NCBI GenBank assembly: GCA_022865305.1
Contig: JALHSP010000016.1
Span: 2,812 to 66,811, forward strand
Length of the DNA: 64,000 nucleotides
Source: Bacteroidales bacterium
GTDB lineage: Bacteria; Bacteroidota; Bacteroidia; Bacteroidales; VadinHA17
Reading direction: 5' to 3'
This document shows positions 17,099 to 27,746 of the stretch, piece by piece. The notes under the pieces are model-generated. The model saw only the letters and a program-made list of their open reading frames with translations. It was not told the origin of the DNA and searched no databases. Numbering within the stretch: position 1 is the stretch's first letter; every line of letters begins with the position of its first letter. Both the position numbers and the translations under genes were made by a program.

Positions 17099-19186
17099 AT
17101 GAGAATTCTGATTTTCTTTTTATGCTTATTCCTTATCTCAATATATTCTATTGGTCAGGATTGCAGTATAACTGCCAAAGCCAACAGAATCACACCGGAT
17201 AAATTGTGCTCCCCTGTGGCAGTGAACTGGCTTGTCAGTTACACCGGAGTTACCAATGCCGGTTCCAGTGTTGGCATACAGTTCGACTGGGATGACGGCA
17301 GAGTTGAAACACTTCCGGCAACAGCTGTCTCGGCGGGTTCTTTTCAGGTTACAGCAACTCATTCATATACATCAACAGGAGATAAATGCAATTACCGGCC
17401 AAAATCAACCCTGGTAGTCAACGGGGTATTGTGTACTTCTTCAACACAGGAACAGATAGTAACAGTCTGGGATGACGACGATCATAATGGCGGGCATATG
17501 CATATTCATCCGGAAGTATATCCCATTTGTTTTGGGAACAGTGCAAATGTAAGGTTCCAGGATTTAACCCAGTTCAATTGTGTACCTCCCCAGGAGGAGG
17601 ATGTCCCTAATCTATATACGCGATGGATTCAATGGATTTATGGTACAGAAATAACTATGACAGGCACTCCTGTCACAATAAACGGGACAAGCGTATCTTT
17701 TCCCCTTACTACACCCATAATTACTCTTCAGGGACCTGTAACAGGTTCAGGTGTTTACTCAGATGTAATTAATGTTGCCAGTGATAAACTTATTGGCGAG
17801 TTTTTTCAGGTGACACTGCGCAACTGGAACTATTGTAATCCATATGATGATCCGGATATTCCAGGTCCCCCTGCCAATCCGGCAAACGGTGATCACCCGC
17901 CCGTTGTGACAACGGCGATAATCCTTATTGTCCCATACCCTGATGCTACAATCACTCCGGTCGATACATTATGTGTAAAAAATGCCCCGGTTATTTTAAG
18001 AGCTCATGATCAGGGAGGAACCTGGTCAGGCACCGGGGTAACCGGTAACAGTTTTGATCCTTCTCTCGCGGGACCCGGTGATCACGTTATAAAATATGAG
18101 ATTACCAGCAGGTACGGATGCACTGAGTCTGACCAGATTACAATTACCGTTATGCCTTCCCCCACGGCAAATATAAATCCTGTCGGAAATCTCTATGTTA
18201 CTGATCCAAAGGTAGTGCTGACAGCTTCTCCGCCAGGAGGTACCTGGTCAGGGAACGGAGTAGTCAACAATACTTTTGATCCTCTTGAGGCAGGAACCGG
18301 GAAACATGTCATTACGTATCAGACTCTGCCGGACAGATTCGGATGCTCCGGAATTGATACAATTAACATTAATGTTTTACAGCCCCCTTTGCCTGGAGCT
18401 TATTTTAAGCCTGATACAGTAGGATGCACCCCACTTTCTGTTCAGTTCAGGAATATGAGCACTCACGGAGAATCATACTTATGGGATTTCGGGGACAAAA
18501 CATATTCCACCGAAAAGAATCCGGTTCACATTTATTATGTGCCAGGAAATTATATTGTAACTCTTACAGTTACCAATTATTCGGGAGAATCAACATTCAA
18601 AGGACTAATCAAGGTTTATCAGAATCCAACAGCAAGTTTTAACGTATATCCCAGCGAGGTCATTTATAACTCTCAGGTTGTAGTATTTCAAAATTATTCA
18701 ATGTACGGTGTTTCCTGGTTCTGGAATTTCGGGGATGGCGGCACCTCTGTTGAAGAAAATCCCTGGCATAAATATGAAGCAAACGGAAGATATGATGTTT
18801 CATTGATAGTGACTTCAAAAGAAGGATGTACAGACTCTGCCAAATATATATCTCCAATTATTGTGGAATATAAGACAGGGGAGATTGTATTTCCAAATGC
18901 CTTCAGGTGGAACAAGACGGGAACTACCGGAGGTTACTGGAAAGAATATGAGCTGAACGACTACACATTCCACCCGTTTTTCACCAATGTGATTGAGTAT
19001 CATTTAATGATATTTAACAGATGGGGAGTACTGATCTATGAAAGCAACGACCTTTATAAGGGATGGGATGGATATTTTGGCAGCGGGAATCTCGCAGTTC
19101 AGGGAGTTTATGTCTGGAATGCAACCGGCCGGTATGCTGATGGAGTTTACTTTACGAAAGTGGGTGATGTTACATTTCTGCATTAA
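17099..19186 (+). CDS. PKD-domain surface protein with T9SS type B (gliding-motility) C-terminal domain
   Basis: Signal peptide; WDFGD and WNFGDG PKD repeats; two GGTWSGxGV repeats; PNAF...IFNRWG...GWDG...QGVYVW...GDVTFLH. Confidence 0.88.
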   Translation: MRILIFFLCLFLISIYSIGQDCSITAKANRITPDKLCSPVAVNWLVSYTGVTNAGSSVGIQFDWDDGRVETLPATAVSAGSFQVTATHSYTSTGDKCNYRPKSTLVVNGVLCTSSTQEQIVTVWDDDDHNGGHMHIHPEVYPICFGNSANVRFQDLTQFNCVPPQEEDVPNLYTRWIQWIYGTEITMTGTPVTINGTSVSFPLTTPIITLQGPVTGSGVYSDVINVASDKLIGEFFQVTLRNWNYCNPYDDPDIPGPPANPANGDHPPVVTTAIILIVPYPDATITPVDTLCVKNAPVILRAHDQGGTWSGTGVTGNSFDPSLAGPGDHVIKYEITSRYGCTESDQITITVMPSPTANINPVGNLYVTDPKVVLTASPPGGTWSGNGVVNNTFDPLEAGTGKHVITYQTLPDRFGCSGIDTININVLQPPLPGAYFKPDTVGCTPLSVQFRNMSTHGESYLWDFGDKTYSTEKNPVHIYYVPGNYIVTLTVTNYSGESTFKGLIKVYQNPTASFNVYPSEVIYNSQVVVFQNYSMYGVSWFWNFGDGGTSVEENPWHKYEANGRYDVSLIVTSKEGCTDSAKYISPIIVEYKTGEIVFPNAFRWNKTGTTGGYWKEYELNDYTFHPFFTNVIEYHLMIFNRWGVLIYESNDLYKGWDGYFGSGNLAVQGVYVWNATGRYADGVYFTKVGDVTFLH

Positions 19187-19215
19187 CCCTCTTTTCCCCT
19201 TCTGCCCCTCTAACA

Positions 19216-19247
19216 TTCAACCTTTCAACCCTTCAACCCTTCAACTA
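19216..19247. repeat. Octamer tandem repeat (TTCAACCC) x4
   Basis: ttcaacct ttcaaccc ttcaaccc ttcaacta. Confidence 0.85.
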
Positions 19248-19264
19248 AATAATCTTAACTATAA

Positions 19265-20650
19265 TTGTATTTTTGTATAACGTTCCGCAAAATGAAACCC
19301 GATCTCCTCTTTTCAGATGCCCTGAAGCTTGAAAGGCCCAATGCATTTCACGTGATGCTAAAGCCGGCAGGGCCATCCTGTAACCTGAATTGCACCTATT
19401 GCTATTACCTGGAAAAAAGGAAATTATATCCACAGGTGAAGGATTTCAGGATGTCGGAGGAACTTCTTGAAAACTTCATCAGACAATTTATTGAAGCTCA
19501 CCAGATTCCTGTTGTGACTTTTACCTGGCAGGGAGGAGAGCCTACTCTTATGGGACTCGATTTCTTCAGAAATGTAGTTAAACTGCAGAAAAAATATTCC
19601 GGTGGAAAGAATATTGAAAATGCCTTTCAGACTAATGGAACAAGATTGAATGATGACTGGTGTAAGTATTTTACTGACAATAATATACTCGTAGGTATCT
19701 CAATTGATGGTGCAGAACATAATCATGATCGTTACAGGAAGACTTTTTCCGGAGGATCGACATTTGAAAGGGTGATGAAGGGCATCGAAATGCTCCACAA
19801 AAACAAAGTTGAATTCAATACTCTCAGCGCAGTAAATAATTACAATGTTCATTATGCAACCGAGACATACAGGTTCCTTAAAAAAATCGGAAGCGGCTTT
19901 TTGCAGTTTCTGCCTGTTGTTGAGCGTATTACAATAAATCCGGAAGATGAAAAACTGAAGCTGATCGCACCGGTTCATGGAAATGCGGCAAAGGTCACAG
20001 AATGGTCGGTAGGATCTAAAGATTTCGGACAATTTCTGATTACAATTTTCGATGAGTGGGTCAGAAATGATGTTGCAAGATATTATGTTCAGATTTTTGA
20101 CGTCACTTTAGCCAATTATGTCGGTGAGAATCCCGGGATATGTGTCTTTAATGAGACCTGTGGTGATGCCCTGGTTATGGAACACAATGGGGATCTTTAT
20201 TCCTGTGACCATTTCGTCTATCCTGAATATTTCCTTGGTAACATATTGGAAATGCCGTTGATTGACTTGGTGAAATTGCAGAGGCAGTTTGATTTTGGTA
20301 TAGATAAGAGGAATAAATTGCCCCGGTATTGCCTGCAGTGCGATGTCCGCTATGCCTGCCACGGGGAATGCCCGAAACACAGGTTTATCCTTACTCCTGA
20401 TGGCAAACCCGGTCTCAACTATCTCTGCGAAGGTTATAAGATGTTTTTTAAGCATGTTGAGCCATACATGGATTATATGGCAAAAGAGCTGAAGAACAAG
20501 CGTCCGCCGGCAAATGTGATGAGCTGGATCAGGAATAAGGAAAACCAGGTAATCAAACCTGTCATGCCTGAGAGGAATGATCCCTGTCCATGCGGCAGCG
20601 TGAAGAAGTTTAAAAATTGCTGCATGGGGAAACCGATGTATAATATTTAG
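19265..20650 (+). CDS. Anaerobic sulfatase-maturating radical SAM/SPASM enzyme with C-terminal SEC-C motif (start probably ATG 19292)
   Basis: CNLNCTYC, WQGGEPTL, QTNG, YSCDHF, CLQC...CHGECPKHR...NYLC, RNDPCPCGS..KFKNCC. Confidence 0.93.
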   Translation: MYFCITFRKMKPDLLFSDALKLERPNAFHVMLKPAGPSCNLNCTYCYYLEKRKLYPQVKDFRMSEELLENFIRQFIEAHQIPVVTFTWQGGEPTLMGLDFFRNVVKLQKKYSGGKNIENAFQTNGTRLNDDWCKYFTDNNILVGISIDGAEHNHDRYRKTFSGGSTFERVMKGIEMLHKNKVEFNTLSAVNNYNVHYATETYRFLKKIGSGFLQFLPVVERITINPEDEKLKLIAPVHGNAAKVTEWSVGSKDFGQFLITIFDEWVRNDVARYYVQIFDVTLANYVGENPGICVFNETCGDALVMEHNGDLYSCDHFVYPEYFLGNILEMPLIDLVKLQRQFDFGIDKRNKLPRYCLQCDVRYACHGECPKHRFILTPDGKPGLNYLCEGYKMFFKHVEPYMDYMAKELKNKRPPANVMSWIRNKENQVIKPVMPERNDPCPCGSVKKFKNCCMGKPMYNI

Positions 20651-20654
20651 CAGA

Positions 20655-22046
20655 TCAGATCTTTTCCAGGATCAATACCCAGTCATTGCCTGTTTCTTTT
20701 TCTCCCGGCGGATCAAAAATCAGGACTCCTTTGTTCTTATATGTACCAAAAAGGGTATATGATCCGGTACGAGGATCAAACCAGGAAGTTTTATATTCTG
20801 AGCCTGGCATCTTTTGAAGGTCAAGCGAGATGTTACTACCGTTCCATGTATATACGAAAACATAATCCACACCTCTTGTAACGGCAAGATAATCATATTT
20901 TTCCCCCTGCTTTTCAGCAAGAAGATCATTTGCAGGAACTCTCTCAAAGTAGGGTTTTGACAACATTAGCTGTTTAAGATATCTCATTTGTGAGGCTCCC
21001 GGTGCATTTATAGCGACATCCCAATACTCTTTTGCCCCGTAGGCAGGTCTGGAATCATCTGGTTTGTAAAATTGCATTACAGCGTTGTCACCATAAGTAA
21101 AACCACAACATCCGGCAAATACCGACCAGTAAGCATATCGTCTTACTTCCATATCAGTCCAGTACGGCTGTGTCGTATCGTGAAGACCCTGAGGGATACC
21201 TTCATATGAGGGTTCTCCATCGAGTGTGGGTTTTACCGGTATTTTAAAATAATCATCAGCTGCATATCTCCAGTTATCTTCACCATAGGCAAGACCGGAT
21301 GTATCCTGGTCATATCTGCGATGACCCGACTGGAACATATTAAAGTCGAGCCATGATTCATTGTGAAACCATTTCGAAGATTGTGTTCTTCCAAACGGGT
21401 GATAGGTAATAAGCTGATCCGGGCTTACCCGGCGTACTGCGGTACCTAAAGCATTCCATACAGATGTAGAGTCATCACCCCGGACATCTCCCCCATTAAT
21501 CCAGATTACATTTGTCCTGTTTTTGTACCTGGAGGCGATCCACTCTCCGTATTTTTTTGCCTGGTCAGCGGTTACCAGGCCAGACCGTACACCTGAACCC
21601 CATAACATAACAATGCCTATGTAGATGCCTTTACTTCCCGCTATATCTACGATGTAATCGAGATGATCCCAGTAGTCATATTGCTCCGGATCTTTGTATG
21701 AATTTCCGGGTGTTGTTCGAGGCTTGTCAATCTGATGACCGATGAGGGCAGTATCACCGTAGAAGTTCACTGCAGATCTGATATTGTGCAACACTGATAC
21801 CTGTATCACATTAAATCCTTTTTGCCGCCGGTCTTCGAGGTATACCTCTGCCTCCTCACGGTTAAGCTTTGAAGGAAGCAGCCATCCTGTATCACCCAGC
21901 CAGAAAAAAGGATCTCCGGTCTCCGTAGCCAGAAATCTCCTGTTTTCAGACACTATCAGCCTGGGTGTTATTTCACCGTGAGTGCCTGTGTTACATGACA
22001 GCGAGAAAAACAAGATTGAAAATATAATTGTCAATTTAGCGTGCAT
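20655..22046 (-). CDS. DUF4038 / GH140-like glycoside hydrolase lipoprotein with C-terminal collagen-binding-like domain
   Basis: Lipobox SLSC; PFFWLGDTGW, WINGGD, FNMFQSGH, DGEPSYE, WFDPRTG, DWVLIL. Confidence 0.85.
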   Translation of the reverse strand: MHAKLTIIFSILFFSLSCNTGTHGEITPRLIVSENRRFLATETGDPFFWLGDTGWLLPSKLNREEAEVYLEDRRQKGFNVIQVSVLHNIRSAVNFYGDTALIGHQIDKPRTTPGNSYKDPEQYDYWDHLDYIVDIAGSKGIYIGIVMLWGSGVRSGLVTADQAKKYGEWIASRYKNRTNVIWINGGDVRGDDSTSVWNALGTAVRRVSPDQLITYHPFGRTQSSKWFHNESWLDFNMFQSGHRRYDQDTSGLAYGEDNWRYAADDYFKIPVKPTLDGEPSYEGIPQGLHDTTQPYWTDMEVRRYAYWSVFAGCCGFTYGDNAVMQFYKPDDSRPAYGAKEYWDVAINAPGASQMRYLKQLMLSKPYFERVPANDLLAEKQGEKYDYLAVTRGVDYVFVYTWNGSNISLDLQKMPGSEYKTSWFDPRTGSYTLFGTYKNKGVLIFDPPGEKETGNDWVLILEKI

Positions 22047-22077
22047 GAGGCATGAAACATGTTTTTTTAGAACGATA

Positions 22078-24138
22078 CTACTCCTCTACGATCGTAACAT
22101 CCCAGGGTTTCAGGGTGATCGTATCCCCTTTCTTCAGAGCTTTATTTGAAAAGAGATCACTTCCTTTGATGCTGTTGTATACAACTGACACATCTTTATC
22201 CGAATAGTTCAGGTAATACCTGATGGTTTTTCCCTGGTCGTTAATTCCCTGCCTTACGACTACCGGATAAACTATGTGATTATCTTTATTAATTAAACCT
22301 ATTTCCCGGGCTTTCCTTGTGACTATTTCCGACTGGATTTCGTCTGATACCAGACAGCCTTCATAAACCAGGCTTCCTTTGCCGAACCTGTTTTCAGTAA
22401 CGGCCGGAAATCTGCTGAAGAAGGGATCATCGTACACTGCCAGAGGTTTAGCTGTTTCCGGTATAATAAATTCTATCCAGCTTCTGGCTGAATTTTTATC
22501 CTGACCCACTTTAAAAGGATCATCTTTAAGCGATAATGATGACGCGCTTGAAAATTCCTGGTAATAAAAGCCGCATGCTTCACGTAAAGGACCGGGAGCC
22601 TTTATATGCCGTACAACCGAATTCTCATCGCAGAAACCACTCTTAACTGACATAATTACATGCCCTCCCCCATTTACAAAATCTGAAATTTTCTTTAGCA
22701 GCGCATCACTGGCCACATAGAGAGGCGGAACCATCAAAAGATCATACCCGGTAAAATCAGCATTTTCAGCCAGAACAAAATCAATGCTGATATTTTGCCG
22801 GTATGCTGCCCGATGCATCTGCCTCAAAACCTCCATATAAGCATTCCTCTCGGTGAAAGGCATATAGCTCAGGCCAAAATCAGATGCCCGGCTATAAAGA
22901 ATAGCTGCTCTGCTCTTTATCTTCAGGTTTACAAGCTTTGGTCCTAATTTCTGTAATTCATGAGCAACCTGGCTTACCTCATTATAGAATCTGTTCGGTT
23001 CAAGATCATGTCCCAGAACACCTTTCCAGAAAGTCTCCTGGCCGTAATGAATTGAATGCCAGTGCCAGTATTCAACCATGTTTGCACCACCAGCTATATG
23101 AGAATAGACGAATAATCGTCCCTGACCGTCGAACGGAGGATATTGTCCTTTAGAATCCCATCCTGTTGTCTGTGCATTAGTTTCTGTAATAAGATGGTTA
23201 TTCCTTTTTACACTCCTGTAAAAATCATCAGCCCACATCACATCTTCTCCCCGGACATTATTCTGACTTCCATGGTAAACATTTAACGAGGGCATATCGA
23301 GCTTTCTGGAAGCAGCCAGTTGATCGAGAGTGGTAAGAGATGGCATGAAACAATGAGTTATAAACTGTTCAGGCCTTTTGTATTCAGTTACAATTTCAGC
23401 CTGCCAGGTAAGATAGTCGGCAACAACCTTCTGGCCATACATGTCCCATTCGAGCTTATATGATGGATTTGTTGCATTTTGCCCTGAGGGAAATTCATCC
23501 CAGTCATTCAGTGTCATGCCCCAGTAATTTAATCCCCAGAGCTTGTTGAGCGTGTCCGTCGTTTTATATTTCTTTTTCAGGTAGTCAATGAATCCCCTGA
23601 AGAAATCGTAATTTGCGGCACCGTAGGTGCCTGTTTCGTTATCGACCTGGTAGCCGATGATAGCAGGATGTTTTGCATAATGTTCCATCATTTTCCTGAT
23701 GATCCGTTCAGCATAGAACAGGTAGGTTGGATTTGTAATATCAAAATTCTGCCGTATGCCATAACTGCTTTTAGTACCATTAAGTCTCTCTACAAACATC
23801 TCCGGATGTTTAAGGGCCAGCCATGCAGGGATTGAGTATGTTGGTGTACCCAGGATGACTTTTATGCCAGCTTTATGCATCCGGTCTATGATACGATCCA
23901 TCCATGCAAATTCAAAGCGTCCCTCTTCAGGTTCGAAGAGGCTCCACGTAGATTCCCCGAGACGAACGACGCTTAATCCGGCTTCCTGCATCATCTGAAC
24001 ATCTTTATCAAGTCTCTCATATGGCATGTACTCGTGATAATATGCCACACCATATAAAATAGTACTGAATTTAGATGGCTGGGCATTAATAAGATGCATA
24101 CCAGCCATCAGGAGAATTACCATTAAAATTCTTTTCAT
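22078..24138 (-). CDS. GH42 beta-galactosidase
   Basis: YGVAYYHEY, WSLFEPEEG, YQVDNE, LITETNA, WHWHSIHYGQETFWKG. Confidence 0.9.
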   Translation of the reverse strand: MKRILMVILLMAGMHLINAQPSKFSTILYGVAYYHEYMPYERLDKDVQMMQEAGLSVVRLGESTWSLFEPEEGRFEFAWMDRIIDRMHKAGIKVILGTPTYSIPAWLALKHPEMFVERLNGTKSSYGIRQNFDITNPTYLFYAERIIRKMMEHYAKHPAIIGYQVDNETGTYGAANYDFFRGFIDYLKKKYKTTDTLNKLWGLNYWGMTLNDWDEFPSGQNATNPSYKLEWDMYGQKVVADYLTWQAEIVTEYKRPEQFITHCFMPSLTTLDQLAASRKLDMPSLNVYHGSQNNVRGEDVMWADDFYRSVKRNNHLITETNAQTTGWDSKGQYPPFDGQGRLFVYSHIAGGANMVEYWHWHSIHYGQETFWKGVLGHDLEPNRFYNEVSQVAHELQKLGPKLVNLKIKSRAAILYSRASDFGLSYMPFTERNAYMEVLRQMHRAAYRQNISIDFVLAENADFTGYDLLMVPPLYVASDALLKKISDFVNGGGHVIMSVKSGFCDENSVVRHIKAPGPLREACGFYYQEFSSASSLSLKDDPFKVGQDKNSARSWIEFIIPETAKPLAVYDDPFFSRFPAVTENRFGKGSLVYEGCLVSDEIQSEIVTRKAREIGLINKDNHIVYPVVVRQGINDQGKTIRYYLNYSDKDVSVVYNSIKGSDLFSNKALKKGDTITLKPWDVTIVEE

Positions 24139-24171
24139 GGTTCAGGAATTAAAATTACTTTATATACCAAT

Positions 24172-24594
24172 TTAGAACGTGATGTACTCTTTAGACTTAA
24201 GGTTTGTCTCCATAGTCCAGAAGTGGGCTTGCCCATGTGGAATTCTGAAAATTACCAGCTGATCGCTATCGATTGTCAGTCCGAAACTTTTCAGGAAAGG
24301 CCTGTCTTTCAGAACTTTTTCGCTGAGCTTTCTGTCGTGAAGAAATTCAACTTCACCTGCTATCCTCAGCATTGTGCCGATCATGCCTTCATGTTTGTAA
24401 AAGCAGACTTCAGTTTTTGGATTTTTTGCAAGCTGAAGAGGGAACTCTTTAAAGGAGCTTGTCTGAAAATAGAAACCTGTTTCATCTGCAAACCAGAATC
24501 CAAGGGCACGTACCCGTGGCTGGTCGCCTTCTGCAGTTGCCAGGTAACACACCGGGTTTTCATTCGTGAACTTAATGCAATAGTTAATATTCAT
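24172..24594 (-). CDS. Pyridoxamine 5'-phosphate oxidase family protein
   Basis: YLATAEGDQPRVR...FYFQT...NPKTEVCF. Confidence 0.85.
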   Translation of the reverse strand: MNINYCIKFTNENPVCYLATAEGDQPRVRALGFWFADETGFYFQTSSFKEFPLQLAKNPKTEVCFYKHEGMIGTMLRIAGEVEFLHDRKLSEKVLKDRPFLKSFGLTIDSDQLVIFRIPHGQAHFWTMETNLKSKEYITF

Positions 24595-24774
24595 TTGTCA
24601 TTATTTTGGAATTATGTCAGTTTTCAGACAAAGTTATACGATTAAACCAAAGAAAAAACGGAGTAACAGTGTCATAGGGAAAAAAGTTATAAGGTGCGGT
24701 AATGTTCGCTTCGGTGGTCATTGATCAAGGTGATCAAATATTTGTTAATTTTAACTTATAAAAATCACTGTAAA

Positions 24775-26757
24775 ATGAAACAAGTACATTTTAAACTGGT
24801 ATGTGTTTTCTTACTGAGCTCTTCGTTGCTTGCTGCGCAGAAAATCCGGAGTTTTGAAGTTAAATCTCCTGACGGGAATATTATCCTGAAGGTGGAAGCG
24901 GGAGCTAAATTGTTGTGGTCTGTTCACCATAAAGGAGAGCAGATAATATTACCATCACCAATATCTTTACAGTCAGAAGGTGGAGAGATATTAGGTGACA
25001 ATGCTGTAATCCGTTCCGCAAAACAGGAAAGTTTTAATGATAAAATTATGGCCATAAACTACAAGAAAGCTATTATTCCGGATCATTATAATCAGCTTAG
25101 AATAAATTTCAGGAATGATTTCGGAGTGATATTCAGAGTTTATGATGATGCTGTTGCATACAGGTTCTTTACGAATAGAAAAGGCGAGCTGACCATTAGA
25201 AATGAAGAAGCAAATTTTAATTTTACCAATGACCACAAAGGATTTATACCTTACATGTGGGATTACCGTGATGGAAAAATTTTCAATTGCTCCTTTGAGT
25301 CTTTATATACTGAACACAATATATCTCAATTCAGGAAGGATTCGCTGGCATTCCTGCCATTACTTGTTGATATCGGCAACGGGAAGAAAGTGGTCATTCT
25401 TGAGGCAGACCTCGAGGATTACCCGGGGATGTTCCTGAATATCAATCAGACAGGGAAAGGATTTATGGGTGTTTATGCACCATATCCGCTTGAAGAAAAG
25501 GTGACCGGGATAAACTATATTCCAGTAAAGAGAGCAGAATATATTGCCAGGACCACCGGAACCCGAAATTTCCCATGGAGGGTAATAGTTATCAGTGAAC
25601 ATGATAAAGACTTGCTGAACCAGGATATAGTCCAGAAGTTAGCATCACCGTCAAGACTGGATGATATTTCATGGATTGAACCCGGCCAGGTTTCATGGGA
25701 CTGGTGGAATGCCATGAATATATCCCATGTTGACTTCAGGGCTGGTATGAACACTGCCACATATAAATATTTCATCGATTTCGCTTCATCAAACAGGATA
25801 AGGTATATCATTATCGATGGCGGATGGTCACAACGGAATGACCTGTCAAAAGCCATCCCTGCGATCAACCTCAGTGAAATCATTGAATATGGAAAGCAAA
25901 GAAGTGTCGGTGTGATTCTCTGGGCCTCATGGTACAACATTCTCCAGCAGATGGATACAGTTTTTCCGTTGTATGAAAAAATGGGAGTCAAAGGGCTGAA
26001 GATCGATTTCGTCGACAGGGATGATCAGAAAGCCGTTGCTTCCACGTATGAAATAGCCAGAAATGCCGCAGATCATCATCTTCTGGTTGATTATCATGGA
26101 GTGTTCAAACCAACCGGCTTACAGCGTACCTATCCGAATGTTGTGGGTTATGAAGGTGTAAAAGGAATGGAAAATGTAAAATGGGCAAATGAGGATGTAC
26201 CGCGTTATGATGTCAGCCTCCCGTTTATAAGGATGATGGCAGGTCCAATGGATTATACTCCGGGAGCGATGAGAAATTCAAACAGGGCAAACTTCAGGCC
26301 GATAAATTCAAATCCCATGAGTCAGGGTACCCGCTGCCATCAGCTTGCCATGTACGTTATTTTTGAGGTGTCATTCCAGATGCTGTCGGACAATCCTACA
26401 ATCTATATGCGGGAACAGGAAAGCACTGACTTTATTACCAAAGTACCTGTCACCTTTGACGAAACAGTGGCCCTTGACGGGAAAGTGGGAGAATATGCGG
26501 CGCTGGCCCGGAGAAAAGGAAATACATGGTATGCAGGAGCTATGACCAGCTGGACCCCGCGGGAGCTTGAGATAGATTTTTCATTCCTGGGGGAAGGGAA
26601 CTATGAAGCGGTTATTTTCAGAGATGGAATAAATGCTGACCGTGATGCTACAGACTACGTGAGAGAGGTGATTAAAATTTCTGCAAATGATAAGCTGAAA
26701 ATAAGATTATCACCCGGTGGAGGCTGGGCTGCAAGACTTTTTAATCCTGAAAAGTAA
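24775..26757 (+). CDS. GH97 alpha-glucosidase/galactosidase (start probably ATG 24775)
   Basis: VKSPDG, PGQVSWDWW, KGLKIDF, VDYHG, EGVKGME, RMMAGPMDYTPG, GGGWA. Confidence 0.93.
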   Translation: MKQVHFKLVCVFLLSSSLLAAQKIRSFEVKSPDGNIILKVEAGAKLLWSVHHKGEQIILPSPISLQSEGGEILGDNAVIRSAKQESFNDKIMAINYKKAIIPDHYNQLRINFRNDFGVIFRVYDDAVAYRFFTNRKGELTIRNEEANFNFTNDHKGFIPYMWDYRDGKIFNCSFESLYTEHNISQFRKDSLAFLPLLVDIGNGKKVVILEADLEDYPGMFLNINQTGKGFMGVYAPYPLEEKVTGINYIPVKRAEYIARTTGTRNFPWRVIVISEHDKDLLNQDIVQKLASPSRLDDISWIEPGQVSWDWWNAMNISHVDFRAGMNTATYKYFIDFASSNRIRYIIIDGGWSQRNDLSKAIPAINLSEIIEYGKQRSVGVILWASWYNILQQMDTVFPLYEKMGVKGLKIDFVDRDDQKAVASTYEIARNAADHHLLVDYHGVFKPTGLQRTYPNVVGYEGVKGMENVKWANEDVPRYDVSLPFIRMMAGPMDYTPGAMRNSNRANFRPINSNPMSQGTRCHQLAMYVIFEVSFQMLSDNPTIYMREQESTDFITKVPVTFDETVALDGKVGEYAALARRKGNTWYAGAMTSWTPRELEIDFSFLGEGNYEAVIFRDGINADRDATDYVREVIKISANDKLKIRLSPGGGWAARLFNPEK

Positions 26758-27418
26758 TTTGCAGGTTTGCAAAATCACCATCTGAATTATTGCCGGCAAA
26801 TAATCCTATTTTACCTGTTTTGCGGTTACTCAGCTTTTCAATGCTCAGGCTGGGTTCTGAGCTGCCATTAACATATACTGTCACCTGAGGATATTTTACG
26901 ATTATTTTTACATGAAACCATTCATTCCCATTCGGAGCAGGATTAACGGCTTTCTCATATTTACTGTTCTGTTTTTCCCTGAGCAGCTGCCAGGTATTAT
27001 CGGGGTGTGAGATATATTGAACGGCGTGGATTTTGCGAACCGGATCAGTTGACTGAAAGTTAAAGGGACGAAAATAAATGGCATCGAATGTTTGATTGTC
27101 TGCTCCATGGAAAGCGATCCCAACAAAGCTTTGCTGAAAAACATCCTTTCCCTTTATATCGAGCTCAATGCTCCCGTCAGAAAATTCAACTCCGGTTAAC
27201 CATGCTATTCCGTCATTAAGGGTTTTCGAAAACCTGATCCCTTTTTTATCACCTTCAGAAAATGGAGTTACTTTCCTGTTGAATGCTTCAAGCTTGTCAT
27301 TTTCCGATAATGTAAACAAATCATATTTAACGGTCTTATCCTGTCCGGATAGAGTCAGAGTAGTGATAAATCCAATAGCAACCATTAAACAGGTTCGGGT
27401 GGTCTTTAATGCATTCAT
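26741..27418 (-). CDS. Secreted concanavalin-fold protein (DUF1080-like)
   Basis: Signal peptide; FSDGSIELDIKG, GIAFHG, IYFRPFN, WFHVKIIV...VYVNG, FANLQI. Confidence 0.6.
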   Translation of the reverse strand: MNALKTTRTCLMVAIGFITTLTLSGQDKTVKYDLFTLSENDKLEAFNRKVTPFSEGDKKGIRFSKTLNDGIAWLTGVEFSDGSIELDIKGKDVFQQSFVGIAFHGADNQTFDAIYFRPFNFQSTDPVRKIHAVQYISHPDNTWQLLREKQNSKYEKAVNPAPNGNEWFHVKIIVKYPQVTVYVNGSSEPSLSIEKLSNRKTGKIGLFAGNNSDGDFANLQITFQD

Positions 27419-27429
27419 TTTTTTATTAT

Positions 27430-27735
27430 TTAAATAATGTTCTTATAGTGTTGAGACCGTTTATCAAAATGAGCAAGCAACTTCCGGGCTTTTTGGGGAA
27501 CAACAGCTCTTTCGTAATCATCACCTGAAAACTCTTTAACCGATTCTATTGAATCAAACCACATTATTGTTATAAACTCGACTTCATTTATCAGGTTTCG
27601 TCTAAGTAGATGGATCTCCGTGAATCCTTTGATTTCACGATTTTTAATCCCGACAAATATTTCCTGCTTAAGGAGGGTCTCATAAGCGTCGGCATTTTCA
27701 AATGTTGTGTAACCATGCCAGATTCTGCTGATCAT
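27430..27735 (-). CDS. Antibiotic biosynthesis monooxygenase (ABM)-fold protein
   Basis: MISRIWHG...EFITIMWFDSIESVKEFSGDDYERAVVP. Confidence 0.8.
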   Translation of the reverse strand: MISRIWHGYTTFENADAYETLLKQEIFVGIKNREIKGFTEIHLLRRNLINEVEFITIMWFDSIESVKEFSGDDYERAVVPQKARKLLAHFDKRSQHYKNII

Positions 27736-27746
27736 ATTTCAGCTAT

